A stretch of 64,000 bases of DNA from Desulfovirgula sp. (lineage in GTDB: Bacteria > Bacillota > Desulfotomaculia > Desulfotomaculales > Nap2-2B), in assembly GCA_020725585.1 (NCBI GenBank), contig DYES01000031.1, forward strand, positions 889-64,888, given 5' to 3'. Each line of letters begins with the position of its first letter. Position 1 is the stretch's first letter. A program made the position numbers and the translations under genes. The notes under the pieces are model-generated. The model made no database searches. It worked only from the letters and a program-made list of their open reading frames with translations, and was not told where the DNA came from. Positions 1-9,010 of this stretch are shown here, piece by piece.

Positions 1-259
1 TGCTGGTCAGTTCCGCATCGTTTTTCAAAGCCACTACCTGGAATTTCGTGCCGTCCCTTTTATGTCCGGTAATTAAATTAATTGTTTCGCGAGCCTGGAT
101 AGTCACGTCCTGGACCTGTCCTTGCTGCACGGCGTTCACGAATTGGTCGTAGCGCCAACGCTCCACATTTGTGTTCTCCGGTTGCACATATTTTAATAAG
201 GCAATAATAACCAAGACAATCAGCAGGTAAATAGTCAGGTTCTTGAGAACCTTATTCAA
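1..259 (-). CDS. ftsH: ATP-dependent zinc metalloprotease FtsH, N-terminal fragment; the gene continues past the window start
   Basis: My translation of the minus strand gives (M)NKVLKNLTIYLLIVLVIIALLKYVQPENTNVERWRYDQFVNAVQQGQVQDVTIQ..., a TM helix followed by an FtsH-type extracytoplasmic region. It lies directly downstream of tilS, as in Bacillus. The TTG at 259-257 sits 8 nt after GAGAGGAG; the GTG at 268 is too close to the RBS. Confidence 0.6.
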   Translation of the reverse strand, partial: MNKVLKNLTIYLLIVLVIIALLKYVQPENTNVERWRYDQFVNAVQQGQVQDVTIQARETINLITGHKRDGTKFQVVALKNDAELTS

Positions 260-316
260 AAAAGACACTCCTCTCGCTCTTGCCGGTTTCCTGGATGTTC
301 AGTTCGAACCAATAAG

Positions 317-345
317 ATTGTAGCATAATCATGTGCTCCTTTCAA
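317..345 (-). promoter_or_regulatory. Candidate sigma-A promoter for ftsH (TTGAAA-17 nt-TACAAT)
   Basis: The minus strand reads TTGAAAggagcacatgattatgcTACAAT between the tilS stop and the ftsH start. Confidence 0.45.
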
Positions 346-369
346 TTGTATATAATAAATTAACAAGAA

Positions 370-1776
370 TTAATAAGAATTAGAATTATGCTCCTTAATC
401 CGCAAATATAAGCAGCTGGTAGTTTTACCGGTAACTTTCCAGTGCTCTGCTATTCTTAAGCCCCCCACCCAAATGATCTCCTCTGGGCCAACCACCAGGG
501 GGAGGCGGTCGCGCTGGGGCCTGGGGATCTTCTGATCGATCAGGAACTTTTTCAACTTCACCTTTCCCTTACGCCCCAGGGGAGTGAAAAGATCTCCTTC
601 CCTGCGGCGGCGCACCCAGAGGGGCTGTTTGACCAAGTCGTAATCCAATAAAGCCTCGCGCGGGGTTAAATCTGCCAGGCGAGGAGCATTTTCGACAGGC
701 AGGACCTCCGCTTCAATCTCTAAATTAAGTTCGGGGACATAGGTTACTCCGGGAACAGCCAGGGGATAAACGTAGAAAGGGACGTCGGACGGCCGGAAAT
801 CTCTTCTTAATTGAACGGCGTCTTGCGTTTTGATTGCCCTGACGCCGCGCGGAAGATTTATCGCGCGCTCGCCGTCCTGCAACATTTCCAACAGGCGCTC
901 TACATGTTCGTAAGCAAGTTCTTTTGTCTCGCCGCTTACCTGCCGCCAGGCCAGCCGGAAAACGCGCCGCCTCAAGGAAAGCGGCTGCGCCAGCAGGGAT
1001 TCTTTATGGAAAAGTAATCCGTCTGCAGACTCTTTTTCCACTGCTTTTTGGTAAGCTTCCCGTGCCTGCTGCTCCAGGTAGGCATTTTCCTCCCGGCAAA
1101 GATTTCCCAGGCGGACCAGCGCCCTGACCAGCTGCGGGTTATATTCCCGCTCCAGCGCCGGAAGCAAATGCAAACGGATCCGGTTACGCGTATACACGGG
1201 CTTTAAATTCGAGAGATCCAGGCGCGCAGGCAAGCCCTGGAGCCGGCAGTATTCCTCAATTTCCCGGCGGCGGGATTCTAAAAGGGGGCGGATGTATATG
1301 CCGCGCACGGGAGGAATGCCTGCCAGCCCGCCAACCCCGGCCCCGCGCAAAAAATTAAACAAAATGGTTTCCGCCTGGTCGTCCGCGTGGTGCCCCAGGG
1401 CCACCTTATCCGCCCGCAACCGCCGCGCTTCCTGCTCAAAAAAGGCAAAGCGCGCCTCCCGGGCCGCTTCCTGGAGACAGAGTCCGGTTTCCTTTTGTAA
1501 AGCCCGCACGTCAATACTTTTAACAGAGCAGGGAATGTCCAGTTTGTTTGCAAACTCTTGCACGAAAAGCGCGTCGGCCCGGGCATCCTCTCCGCGCAAC
1601 TGGTGATTTAGATGAACAGCATGAAGGAATATTTTCAATTCCTCCCGCAACACCCACAGGATGTGTAAAAGTGCGATCGAATCGGGACCTCCGGAAACGC
1701 CGACCAATACTTTGTCACTTTGGCTGATCATCCGGTGCTTTTTAATGAACAAAAAAACCTGTTCGGCCAAACTCAC
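370..1776 (-). CDS. tilS: tRNA(Ile)-lysidine synthetase
   Basis: 468 aa ORF with the PP-loop motif VGVSGGPDS near the N-terminus. It sits upstream of ftsH, the conserved position. Confidence 0.9.
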   Translation of the reverse strand: MSLAEQVFLFIKKHRMISQSDKVLVGVSGGPDSIALLHILWVLREELKIFLHAVHLNHQLRGEDARADALFVQEFANKLDIPCSVKSIDVRALQKETGLCLQEAAREARFAFFEQEARRLRADKVALGHHADDQAETILFNFLRGAGVGGLAGIPPVRGIYIRPLLESRRREIEEYCRLQGLPARLDLSNLKPVYTRNRIRLHLLPALEREYNPQLVRALVRLGNLCREENAYLEQQAREAYQKAVEKESADGLLFHKESLLAQPLSLRRRVFRLAWRQVSGETKELAYEHVERLLEMLQDGERAINLPRGVRAIKTQDAVQLRRDFRPSDVPFYVYPLAVPGVTYVPELNLEIEAEVLPVENAPRLADLTPREALLDYDLVKQPLWVRRRREGDLFTPLGRKGKVKLKKFLIDQKIPRPQRDRLPLVVGPEEIIWVGGLRIAEHWKVTGKTTSCLYLRIKEHNSNSY

Positions 1777-2061
1777 CAGGAAACACCCACATTTTTTACA
1801 GGAATCAGGAATTCAATTTTGTGTATTTATATTTCCATAACGCAACCAATTTTCCTCCACCATCGTTGCATTTCGGCAAAAAACCATCAGTTTGCAAAAA
1901 AGAGCGGCTTTAGTAAATTTTTTTCTACCTCCGCGATAATTCCACCCGCAAAATTCCAACCTGTAAAATTCCTAACGGCCGAAGATCCGATTTGCGCCGA
2001 TCTGGACAAAACGCATGTCCTGGTGGTAAACTGATCTTCAAAGTGTACCTCCTTTGTTTTA

Positions 2062-2168
2062 TATGGCCACAACCTAGGCTTTAGATCAGCGAAACCCGGC
2101 GTTCATCCAAAGGGAGCATCACCAAGCGCGTTGGATGAACGCCAGGTGAGGCAGTGAACTTATCGATC
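2062..2168 (+). repeat. Palindromic intergenic repeat, copy A
   Basis: Reads ...TATGGCCACAACCTAGGCTTTAGATCAGCGAAACCCGGCGTTCATCCAA-AGGGAGCATCACCAAGCGCG-TTGGATGAACGCCAGG... Same architecture as the copies at 22938, 39805, 54400 and 59812. Confidence 0.8.
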
Positions 2169-2242
2169 CCGGAAAGGACAGAATGGTTATTTGTGATCCA
2201 CAGATACTGGGCGACGTATCAAGCATAAAGGGGTGATCGCCA

Positions 2243-3220
2243 GTGCCTGCCAATCTTACTCCCCAGTATCACGCCGCGGAAGAAGCTTTTCGTAATGCTG
2301 CCACTATTGAAGAAAAAATCGCTGCCTTAGAAGAAATGCTCGCCGTAATCCCTAAGCACAAGGGCACGGAAAAGCTGCAGGCCGATATCAAGCGGCGGCT
2401 GTCCCGTTTGCGGGAAGAAGGACAAAAGAAAACCATTCTTGCCCGGCACGACCCCTTCCATATTGAAAAACAGGGAGCCGGGCAGGTGGTTCTGGCGGGC
2501 TATCCCAATAGCGGCAAATCAGCCCTGGTGGGAGCTTTAACCAGGGCCAGGGTAAAGGTGGCAGATTATCCTTTTACCACCACTATTCCTTTTAGCGGCA
2601 TGATGCCTTACGAAGAAATTTACGTCCAGCTGGTTGACACCCCGCCCCTTACTGCAGAAGGGTTCCCGCCCGGGCTGGCCGGTTTACTGCGCAACGCTGA
2701 CGCCCTCTTGCTGGTAATCGACAGTTGCGCCGGTGACTGCTTAGAACAACTGGAGAATTCCCTGCAGCTGCTCACCGAACGCAAAATCGTCCGCAGCGAG
2801 ATCCCGCCGGGGGTCAGGGCCGTACCCCCGCACCGGTTGATGATTGTTGCCAACAAGGCGGAGCAGCCCGTGGGGAGGGAAAACTTTTCCCTGCTGCAAG
2901 AGCTTTTGCCGTCCAGCCTGGAGATATTACCGGTTTCTGCCGAAACAGGCCTTAACTTAGAACAGCTTAGAACTAAGCTGTTCTCAGTCCTCGAAGTAAT
3001 CCGCATTTTTACCAAGCCCCCAGGCAAAGAGCCGGACTTAACCCGTCCCTTTATTTTACCCCGCGGCAGCAGTGTTTTGGATTTGGCCGAGCACATCCAC
3101 AAGGATTTTATGAAAACCTTGCGGGGGGCACGCATTTGGGGGTCGGCCCGCTTCCCCGGCCAAAGCGTGCCAAAGGAATACGTCTTGCAGGACAAAGACA
3201 TCGTGGAATTGCTGGTTTAG
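2243..3220 (+). CDS. OBG/DRG-class GTP-binding protein with C-terminal TGS-like domain
   Basis: 325 aa with GTG start. P-loop GYPNSGKS, then YPFTT, DTPP and NKAE (NKxD-like). The N-terminal coiled region and the C-terminal ...VLQDKDIVELLV tail are typical of DRG/Rbg-type (COG1163-like) GTPases. Confidence 0.7.
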   Translation: MPANLTPQYHAAEEAFRNAATIEEKIAALEEMLAVIPKHKGTEKLQADIKRRLSRLREEGQKKTILARHDPFHIEKQGAGQVVLAGYPNSGKSALVGALTRARVKVADYPFTTTIPFSGMMPYEEIYVQLVDTPPLTAEGFPPGLAGLLRNADALLLVIDSCAGDCLEQLENSLQLLTERKIVRSEIPPGVRAVPPHRLMIVANKAEQPVGRENFSLLQELLPSSLEILPVSAETGLNLEQLRTKLFSVLEVIRIFTKPPGKEPDLTRPFILPRGSSVLDLAEHIHKDFMKTLRGARIWGSARFPGQSVPKEYVLQDKDIVELLV

Positions 3221-3252
3221 TAAGCACCCTTCCACGTTAATACCATGTTTCT

Positions 3253-5778
3253 TCAAGGTACAGGCTTTTTTTCTTCCAATCTGGCCGCAATTACGGTAAT
3301 GTCGTCGGAAAGGTGGGCGCTTCCCCCTGCGTTGGTTTGCGCCAGCTTTAAAAACAAGTCGGCAACGGCCTGTGGGTCCAGCCCCGAAGCGTCAGAAAGC
3401 ACTTCTTTTACCCATTCTTCTTTTTCCCTGGATCCGCGATAAGAATCTAATAATCCGTCGCTTAAGATCACCAGCAAATCACCTTTCGACAAATTTTTGG
3501 TTACGCTGGTCACATCGATGTCCTTGACGATCCCGGCCGGCAAAGAAGCGGCTCTCACCTGGGTGATCCGTCGTCCGCGCGCAATAAAGCTGGGAGGCGC
3601 GCCAACCTTGAAAAATTCTGCCTGTCCGCTCTGGAGATCCAGCATCACCATATCGATGGTGGCAAAATCGTCGCCCACAAAACGCAGCATCATCAGGGAA
3701 TTGACTGTTTTTAAAGCCAATTCGACGGCAATTCCAGACTCTAAAAGATGCTCCAAAAGGGAAACGGCCGTGCTGCTCTGCAGGGCCGCCTGGTTCCCGG
3801 CGCCCATTCCATCACTCAAGAGGAAAGTAAATTTTGCCCCTTTCAAGGGTATAAAGGCGTAGCTGTCGCCGGAAACAGGGCTTCCACCCTTGCCAATTTT
3901 CGCCACCCCAATTTTTACCTGATATTTCAATGCCGGATACAGCCTCAAATGACACAGCCCTTCTTTTACGCCGGTACAGTTTTGGCTGGGGAGGAAAAAG
4001 GATTCTTCCGTAAGCTGGGAAATTAAAGGAACCATGTATTGATAACAGTTCTGTTGATCAGCGCAGGGCTGCCTTTTTAAAAAGATTTCTCTATTTCCGT
4101 CTTTCGACTGGTAGATTTTCACTTCCACTACCGGGACGCCCGCCTGCTTTAATTTTTCTTTCAGAAAAACTTCCTTTTGGGCATAGGTTTCCAGTTCTAG
4201 GTGGAGCTGCTGGGTTAAACCTTCGATTACCTCCGAAACGCTTTTCAATTGCTCGGAAAGAATTTCTTTGCTTTCCATAAACCTCCTCGACCAGTACCGG
4301 TTCAATTTGTAGGTATCGTACAAACAGGTAATGGTAATGGCCAGCTCTTTTGCCCGGGTGCACCGGCGCTTTAAAATTTCCGGCAAATCTTCCGCTGTTA
4401 CCTGGCCGTAAATTTCAACCAGCGTGAACATGTCTAAAAAACTCTGGTAGGTCCGGTAAAATTCCCGCTCCCAGCAGGTCCGGAAAAGGCCGCAGCCGTT
4501 GCATACCTTGCTGCCAATTTCGTTAAATAAACTCTGGAGGGCCGGTTCTTCCCGGTAATTAGGAGAGGCGGTGCCGGCGGCCGCATAACTCTGCGACAAT
4601 TCTCGAAAAATGTGCGACCATTTACGCATCCGCCCGGTTACGACCGCCTGAATTTTATGGCTGTCCTTCGGGACAAAACTGAACACCGCCAAAGAGGCAC
4701 TGATCTTTTGGACGTAGCCCGGCGGGAGAGCAAAAAAGAAGACCATGGACAGGCCCGTTTCCGCCATGACGGCAACCAGGTAGCTAAAATTTTGCAGATA
4801 AATAGTCAGCAAAATATTCCCCAACAAAAAGCCCATCGCTACTCCAGGCTTTCCTAAGGTCCTCCCGATCCCCGCCAGCAGCCCAGCAAAAGAGTAGGCT
4901 CCCATCATCACCGGCACCCCAGTATTGGCCAGACCGGGTATAATTCCCATGAGCGCCCCGGCGGCGGCCCCCTGGCCCATTCCGCCAATCAAAGCAGCGG
5001 TGAGAATAATCAGCCGGGATAAAAAACCCTGCAGAGAAATTTCCCAAATCTTTAAATTGCCGGCGCCGGCGACGGCAGCCGTAAGGAGAATAAAAATACA
5101 AAACAATTCTTCCGCATTTAAGTTTTGAACCCCGTCAAGCTTGCGGAAAGAAGGGAAGGCACAGAAAAAAATAAGGGTGCAGACTCCGGCGAAGACGGCC
5201 TCAAAAAGAACGGCTATATAATCGTAGGGCAAGGAGTCGGTAAAGGCGAGGTAGCCGGCTTTGGTTATAACGTGCAATGTAAAAACTATCCCGGACAGCG
5301 CCAGCCAGGGGTTTTTTACCTTCCTGGGCAGGCCCAGGCTCAGAAACAGAACCAGCAAAACCGTGATGGCGTTAATGAGGACGTTCTTCTGACTGCTGAC
5401 GATCCCGGCAATCGCCCCCAGGGCCGCCGGAGCCCCCGACGCCGGAAAAACCCAGGCAGCCGCTGCCGTAAAGGCCGAAGCAAAGGGGGTGAGCTCATCC
5501 AGTAAAACCGCCCTGCCGAGGAAAAAACCGGCCCCGCATAAGCAAAACTGTTTTATGATGACCGATATGAGCCGGGATGATTTTATACTTTCTCTGGTTT
5601 TATAATTTTTATCTTCCAGTGGGTCGGGCGAAAAAAGTAGCGAACTCATCCTTTTTGCCCGGCTGCCTTCTTTGTCGCGTTTCCCCCCCGTCTTGTCCCG
5701 CTTTTTTTTGCCGGTGGACTCCTTCTTTATTTCCTTCTTGACTCTTCGAAAGGGATAAACTTCCACGTTGTCCGACAA
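3253..5778 (-). CDS. spoIIE: Stage II sporulation protein E (PP2C serine phosphatase with polytopic membrane domain)
   Basis: Long multi-TM N-terminal half and a C-terminal PP2C signature (SGDSYAF, LSDGMGAG, DDITVIAARL). The track ORF starts at 5790 (GTG), but GGGGTG abuts that codon. The TTG at 5778 has 9 nt spacing, so I prefer it. Confidence 0.85.
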   Translation of the reverse strand: MSDNVEVYPFRRVKKEIKKESTGKKKRDKTGGKRDKEGSRAKRMSSLLFSPDPLEDKNYKTRESIKSSRLISVIIKQFCLCGAGFFLGRAVLLDELTPFASAFTAAAAWVFPASGAPAALGAIAGIVSSQKNVLINAITVLLVLFLSLGLPRKVKNPWLALSGIVFTLHVITKAGYLAFTDSLPYDYIAVLFEAVFAGVCTLIFFCAFPSFRKLDGVQNLNAEELFCIFILLTAAVAGAGNLKIWEISLQGFLSRLIILTAALIGGMGQGAAAGALMGIIPGLANTGVPVMMGAYSFAGLLAGIGRTLGKPGVAMGFLLGNILLTIYLQNFSYLVAVMAETGLSMVFFFALPPGYVQKISASLAVFSFVPKDSHKIQAVVTGRMRKWSHIFRELSQSYAAAGTASPNYREEPALQSLFNEIGSKVCNGCGLFRTCWEREFYRTYQSFLDMFTLVEIYGQVTAEDLPEILKRRCTRAKELAITITCLYDTYKLNRYWSRRFMESKEILSEQLKSVSEVIEGLTQQLHLELETYAQKEVFLKEKLKQAGVPVVEVKIYQSKDGNREIFLKRQPCADQQNCYQYMVPLISQLTEESFFLPSQNCTGVKEGLCHLRLYPALKYQVKIGVAKIGKGGSPVSGDSYAFIPLKGAKFTFLLSDGMGAGNQAALQSSTAVSLLEHLLESGIAVELALKTVNSLMMLRFVGDDFATIDMVMLDLQSGQAEFFKVGAPPSFIARGRRITQVRAASLPAGIVKDIDVTSVTKNLSKGDLLVILSDGLLDSYRGSREKEEWVKEVLSDASGLDPQAVADLFLKLAQTNAGGSAHLSDDITVIAARLEEKKPVP

Positions 5779-5806
5779 CTTATTATTCACCCCTTATTTT
5801 CTTTCA

Positions 5807-5872
5807 ATTATAGTATAAGGGGCAAGCAATAATTGTCATCTCTGGTAACATTAACTATTTTTTATTTCGACA
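5807..5872 (-). promoter_or_regulatory. Candidate Spo0A-dependent promoter of spoIIE: 0A box TGTCGAA, -35-like ATGACA, 21 nt spacer, TATAAT
   Basis: The minus strand reads gaaaTGTCGAAataaaaaatagttaatgttaccagagATGACAattattgcttgccccttatacTATAATtg. The 0A box is at 5866-5872, the -35-like hexamer at 5834-5839 and the -10 at 5807-5812. Confidence 0.4.
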
Positions 5873-6737
5873 TTTCTAAAGCGAGACCATGCATAATATC
5901 TGCTTCACTTACCCGCAAGGAATCCAACCCCAAACCAGTCAACACCAGCAAAACAATTTGCACTCCAGCAACAATTATATCGGCACGCTCCGGCTGCAGG
6001 CCGGGCAGTTGCCGACGCTTCTCGAGCGAAGCGGCCATCAAAAGAGAAAGAATTTCAGCGATGCGGGCGCGCTTTAAAATATAGCCATGCACCAGGGCAG
6101 GGTCGTAAACCTCAAGGCCCATTGCCATCGCCGCCAGGGTAGTTGCCGTACCTCCTACGCCGATAAGAAGACCGGGCGCAGTTTGACGTATTTCATCCAG
6201 AACCGGCCTCAATAATCCCTCGATTTGTTTTTCCGTGTACCCGCCTTCCGTCGCCCGTACCGCTCCTACATTTACACTGCGCAAAAAGAGGCGCCCATTT
6301 TTCTGCCAGGTAAATTCCGTGCTCCCGCCGCCGACGTCCATGACCAGCGCTTCTTCTTGGGGGCTTACCGGCAAACCGCTCTGCACGCCTAAATAGGCAT
6401 AGCGCGCCTCTTCTTCCCCAGAGAGGACCTGCACCTGCACACCCGCCTCTTCTCTGACCATCTTTAAAAAGTCCTCCCGGTTGCCGGCGTCGCGCACAGC
6501 GCTGGTCGCTACCGCCACCATTCTTTCCACCCGCCAGAATTTCATCGTTTCCACGTATTTCTTAATCGCCGCCAGCGTACGTTCCATGGCCCGCTCCAGC
6601 AGGTATCCTTTTTCAATTTCTTCCCCCAACCTGGTTGTAATCAAATCGGTATGCAGAACTTTAACCTCGCTACCGGTTACGTCGGCAATTAACAGTCGTG
6701 TAGAGTTGGTGCCGATATCAATGACCGCCACCTGCAA
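5862..6737 (-). CDS. Ppx/GppA family phosphatase (exopolyphosphatase-like)
   Basis: 291 aa with the N-terminal ASKHA motif VIDIGTNSTRLLIA and a second DVGGGSTEF phosphate loop. Confidence 0.8.
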   Translation of the reverse strand: MQVAVIDIGTNSTRLLIADVTGSEVKVLHTDLITTRLGEEIEKGYLLERAMERTLAAIKKYVETMKFWRVERMVAVATSAVRDAGNREDFLKMVREEAGVQVQVLSGEEEARYAYLGVQSGLPVSPQEEALVMDVGGGSTEFTWQKNGRLFLRSVNVGAVRATEGGYTEKQIEGLLRPVLDEIRQTAPGLLIGVGGTATTLAAMAMGLEVYDPALVHGYILKRARIAEILSLLMAASLEKRRQLPGLQPERADIIVAGVQIVLLVLTGLGLDSLRVSEADIMHGLALEMSK

Positions 6738-6853
6738 ACCGTTTTCACTCCTTTTCTAAAACTTAAAACACAAAAATTAAAGCCGCAAAAAATAAGCATA
6801 AAAAAAGCACTCCTCCGGTGGAATGCTCCTTTTGAGAAACTTTTTCTATCTGC

Positions 6854-7237
6854 TTATACCCTGCTGGAACCCCGGCCGCCCCGCTTCGCCTCCTGGCTGC
6901 GGCGCAGGTGCTGGTGTTTTTCCTCGCTTTCTTTCAAAAAACGGGCCAGTTTTTCTTCAAAGGATATGTCCGGCTTTTTATGGCGGGTAAAGTCGTCTCC
7001 AAGAGGAGAAACCTGCTTAATGGACAGGCCGATTTTTCCTTGCGGATCGACAGAAATTACTTTTACCGTCACTTTATCTTTTTCTTTTAAAAAATCCCTG
7101 ATATCTTTGACATAAACCCGGGCCACTTCGGAGATGTGAACCAGGCCGGTCTCGCCGTCGGGAAGCTGGATAAAGGCACCAAAATTAGTGATTCCCGTCA
7201 CGATGCCTTCTAAAATACTTCCAACCTTTACAGGCAT
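6854..7237 (-). CDS. yabR: S1 RNA-binding domain protein (YabR-like)
   Basis: S1 fold motif GIVTGITNFGAFIQLPDGETGLVHISEVA. It sits downstream of divIC as in Bacillus. I prefer the start at MPVKVG (7237) over the ORF start at 7300. Confidence 0.8.
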   Translation of the reverse strand: MPVKVGSILEGIVTGITNFGAFIQLPDGETGLVHISEVARVYVKDIRDFLKEKDKVTVKVISVDPQGKIGLSIKQVSPLGDDFTRHKKPDISFEEKLARFLKESEEKHQHLRRSQEAKRGGRGSSRV

Positions 7238-7317
7238 ACTTTTTAGAAATGTCCTCCCCAAACTCTCCAAAAAACTTAATTCAATTATATGCGCGATCAT
7301 AAAAAGATGTCAACAGG

Positions 7318-7677
7318 TTATTCCTTGTGGCCTGGCCCTGATTTTAGCGGTATGATCCTGGCTTCACCCGGCCTGACCAGCCCTAGCTTTTCCCTGGCCA
7401 TTTGCTCGAGATAAGAATCAGATTGCACCCGTTTTAACTGTTCACGTAATTCTGCATTTTTTGCCTGCAATTCCGCAACCTGCATTTGCACCTGCTGTAC
7501 TTCCTGGCGCAGGGCGCTTAACCGGTGGAACTGGAGTGTGAAAGTAACCGCCAGATAACCCAGTAAAAAAAGAAAAACCAGCAGAGGAAGCCTGCTTCTG
7601 GAAAAGCGAAAAACACGCCTTTTTTTAAGAGCTGTTTGCTGGGGAAAGGGATATGATCGTACCGCCGGCGAAGCCAT
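7318..7677 (-). CDS. divIC: Septum formation initiator (DivIC/FtsB family)
   Basis: Single TM (LPLLVFLFLLGYLAV) followed by a coiled coil (LRQEVQQVQMQVAELQAKNAELREQL). The ATG at 7677 is preceded by GAGGAGG, and the upstream gene's TAA stop ends 1 nt before this ATG. Confidence 0.7.
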   Translation of the reverse strand: MASPAVRSYPFPQQTALKKRRVFRFSRSRLPLLVFLFLLGYLAVTFTLQFHRLSALRQEVQQVQMQVAELQAKNAELREQLKRVQSDSYLEQMAREKLGLVRPGEARIIPLKSGPGHKE

Positions 7678-7678
7678 T

Positions 7679-7906
7679 TTAAGCCTCCTCTTCATCTGTA
7701 CCGAAAATTCCCAAATGATCTCCGGGAATGACAATCACTACTTCATACCCCTTTGCACGCGCCCTGTTAAACAAGGTGGCCACCGTGCCGGTGCTCAGGT
7801 TCAGGCGCCGGGCAACCTGGTCATTGGTATAACCCATTTCCTTGAGCGCCACTACCTGCCGCTCGCGAAAACTTAATTTCTCTACTCCCCGGATTTCCAC
7901 TTTCAC
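7679..7906 (-). CDS. Small LuxR/sigma-70-region-4 type (Tfx-like) HTH protein
   Basis: 75 aa. LSFRERQVVALKEMGYTNDQVARRLNLSTGTVATLFNRARAKG fits the LuxR-type HTH pattern. It lies between yabQ and divIC, with its stop ending 1 nt before the divIC start. Confidence 0.55.
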   Translation of the reverse strand: MKVEIRGVEKLSFRERQVVALKEMGYTNDQVARRLNLSTGTVATLFNRARAKGYEVVIVIPGDHLGIFGTDEEEA

Positions 7907-8037
7907 CTCGCGGCAACCTCTTGTCTATATACAATATTTATACATTACTTATACATTTTAAGTACGTTATTTCGCTGCTTTCTTTTTAATTCCTTCTTAA
8001 ATTCCTTCCGAAACAAAAAAATTTTTAACTTTCCGGA

Positions 8038-8559
8038 TCAAGGTTTTTTGAATAGCCTTTTTAAATTATTCAGGGCCAGGACGACCGGTTTTTTCGCCCA
8101 ATTTTGCACAGAATAAAAACTATTGGCCGCAAAAACAACCGGCCACCACACGGCCAAAAAAAGAATCCGGAAGGGAAAAGTTGCTATTCGCCAGAAATAG
8201 TTCAGGAAGTCCCTGCCTAAGCGAAACGTTTTCTGTAGAAAGCGAAAAAAAAGTAAAATAACCTTTGAACCCAATTTACTGATCAGCTTAAAATAAATAA
8301 ACGCCCCCATCGCCATCCCGAGGATCACGTAAAAGCGCATTTCACCATAATTAACCAGCATCAATAAGCCGAAAACAAAAACGGTCAAAATAAGGAAAAA
8401 CAATAAATCACCAAGAAAAGTGCCGGTTCTTTTCCAGCGGAAAACCCTGCGCAAAGCCTGGTAGAAATCGTAAACGAACCCGGCCAGCAAACCAATCCCA
8501 ATCGTAAAAGCAAAGGCCGTCACTTGCTCGGTGACCATCGCGGCGACCGCCTCCTCCAA
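8038..8559 (-). CDS. yabQ: Spore cortex biosynthesis protein YabQ-like membrane protein
   Basis: 173 aa hydrophobic protein immediately downstream of yabP. Called from conserved position and membrane topology only. Confidence 0.6.
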   Translation of the reverse strand: MEEAVAAMVTEQVTAFAFTIGIGLLAGFVYDFYQALRRVFRWKRTGTFLGDLLFFLILTVFVFGLLMLVNYGEMRFYVILGMAMGAFIYFKLISKLGSKVILLFFRFLQKTFRLGRDFLNYFWRIATFPFRILFLAVWWPVVFAANSFYSVQNWAKKPVVLALNNLKRLFKKP

Positions 8560-8591
8560 GTCAAAAAGCGCCGGCCAGCGCTTTTTGACTT

Positions 8592-8876
8592 TTACTTTAA
8601 GAGCCTTCCTAAAATCCCTCTCCCTTTTGTTTTTATTTTGCTCCCGGAGCCCTCCTCGCGGAACTGCAGCCCGGCAAAAAACCCTTCCGCCGCAAGCGTG
8701 CCCTTCTCTAAATCAAGCTGCGTGATATGCAAGTCGGTACCTTTTAAAAACAAAAATCCCATGTTTGTTTCTAAAACAATCTCTTCTTCATCAAATTTTT
8801 CCACCAGGCGCACGCCTTCCAAAGTTAATTTTTGGCGGTTGACCAGCGTCAACCTGTTCCTGGCCTGCTCTTCCAC
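8592..8876 (-). CDS. yabP: Sporulation protein YabP
   Basis: 94 aa. LTLVNRQKLTLEGVRLVEKFDEEEIVLETNMGFLFLKGTDLHITQLDLEKG matches the YabP family pattern. Confidence 0.8.
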   Translation of the reverse strand: MEEQARNRLTLVNRQKLTLEGVRLVEKFDEEEIVLETNMGFLFLKGTDLHITQLDLEKGTLAAEGFFAGLQFREEGSGSKIKTKGRGILGRLLK

Positions 8877-9010
8877 AGGATAAACCCTCTCTTTGGTTAA
8901 ACAACTTTTTATTTTATATCATTGTATGCCTTGCCGTTTGCTAATTATGAAAGATAAATGTAAAGGCTGCTGAAAGCTCTCTCAGCAGCCTTTAAAAAAC
9001 AGGCGCCTTC

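Noticed and set aside
297-312. GGTTCGAAC (minus strand), resembling a tRNA T-arm
   Set aside because: The flanking sequence cannot form the T stem, acceptor stem or anticodon arm. It lies in the ftsH 5' UTR. Not a tRNA.
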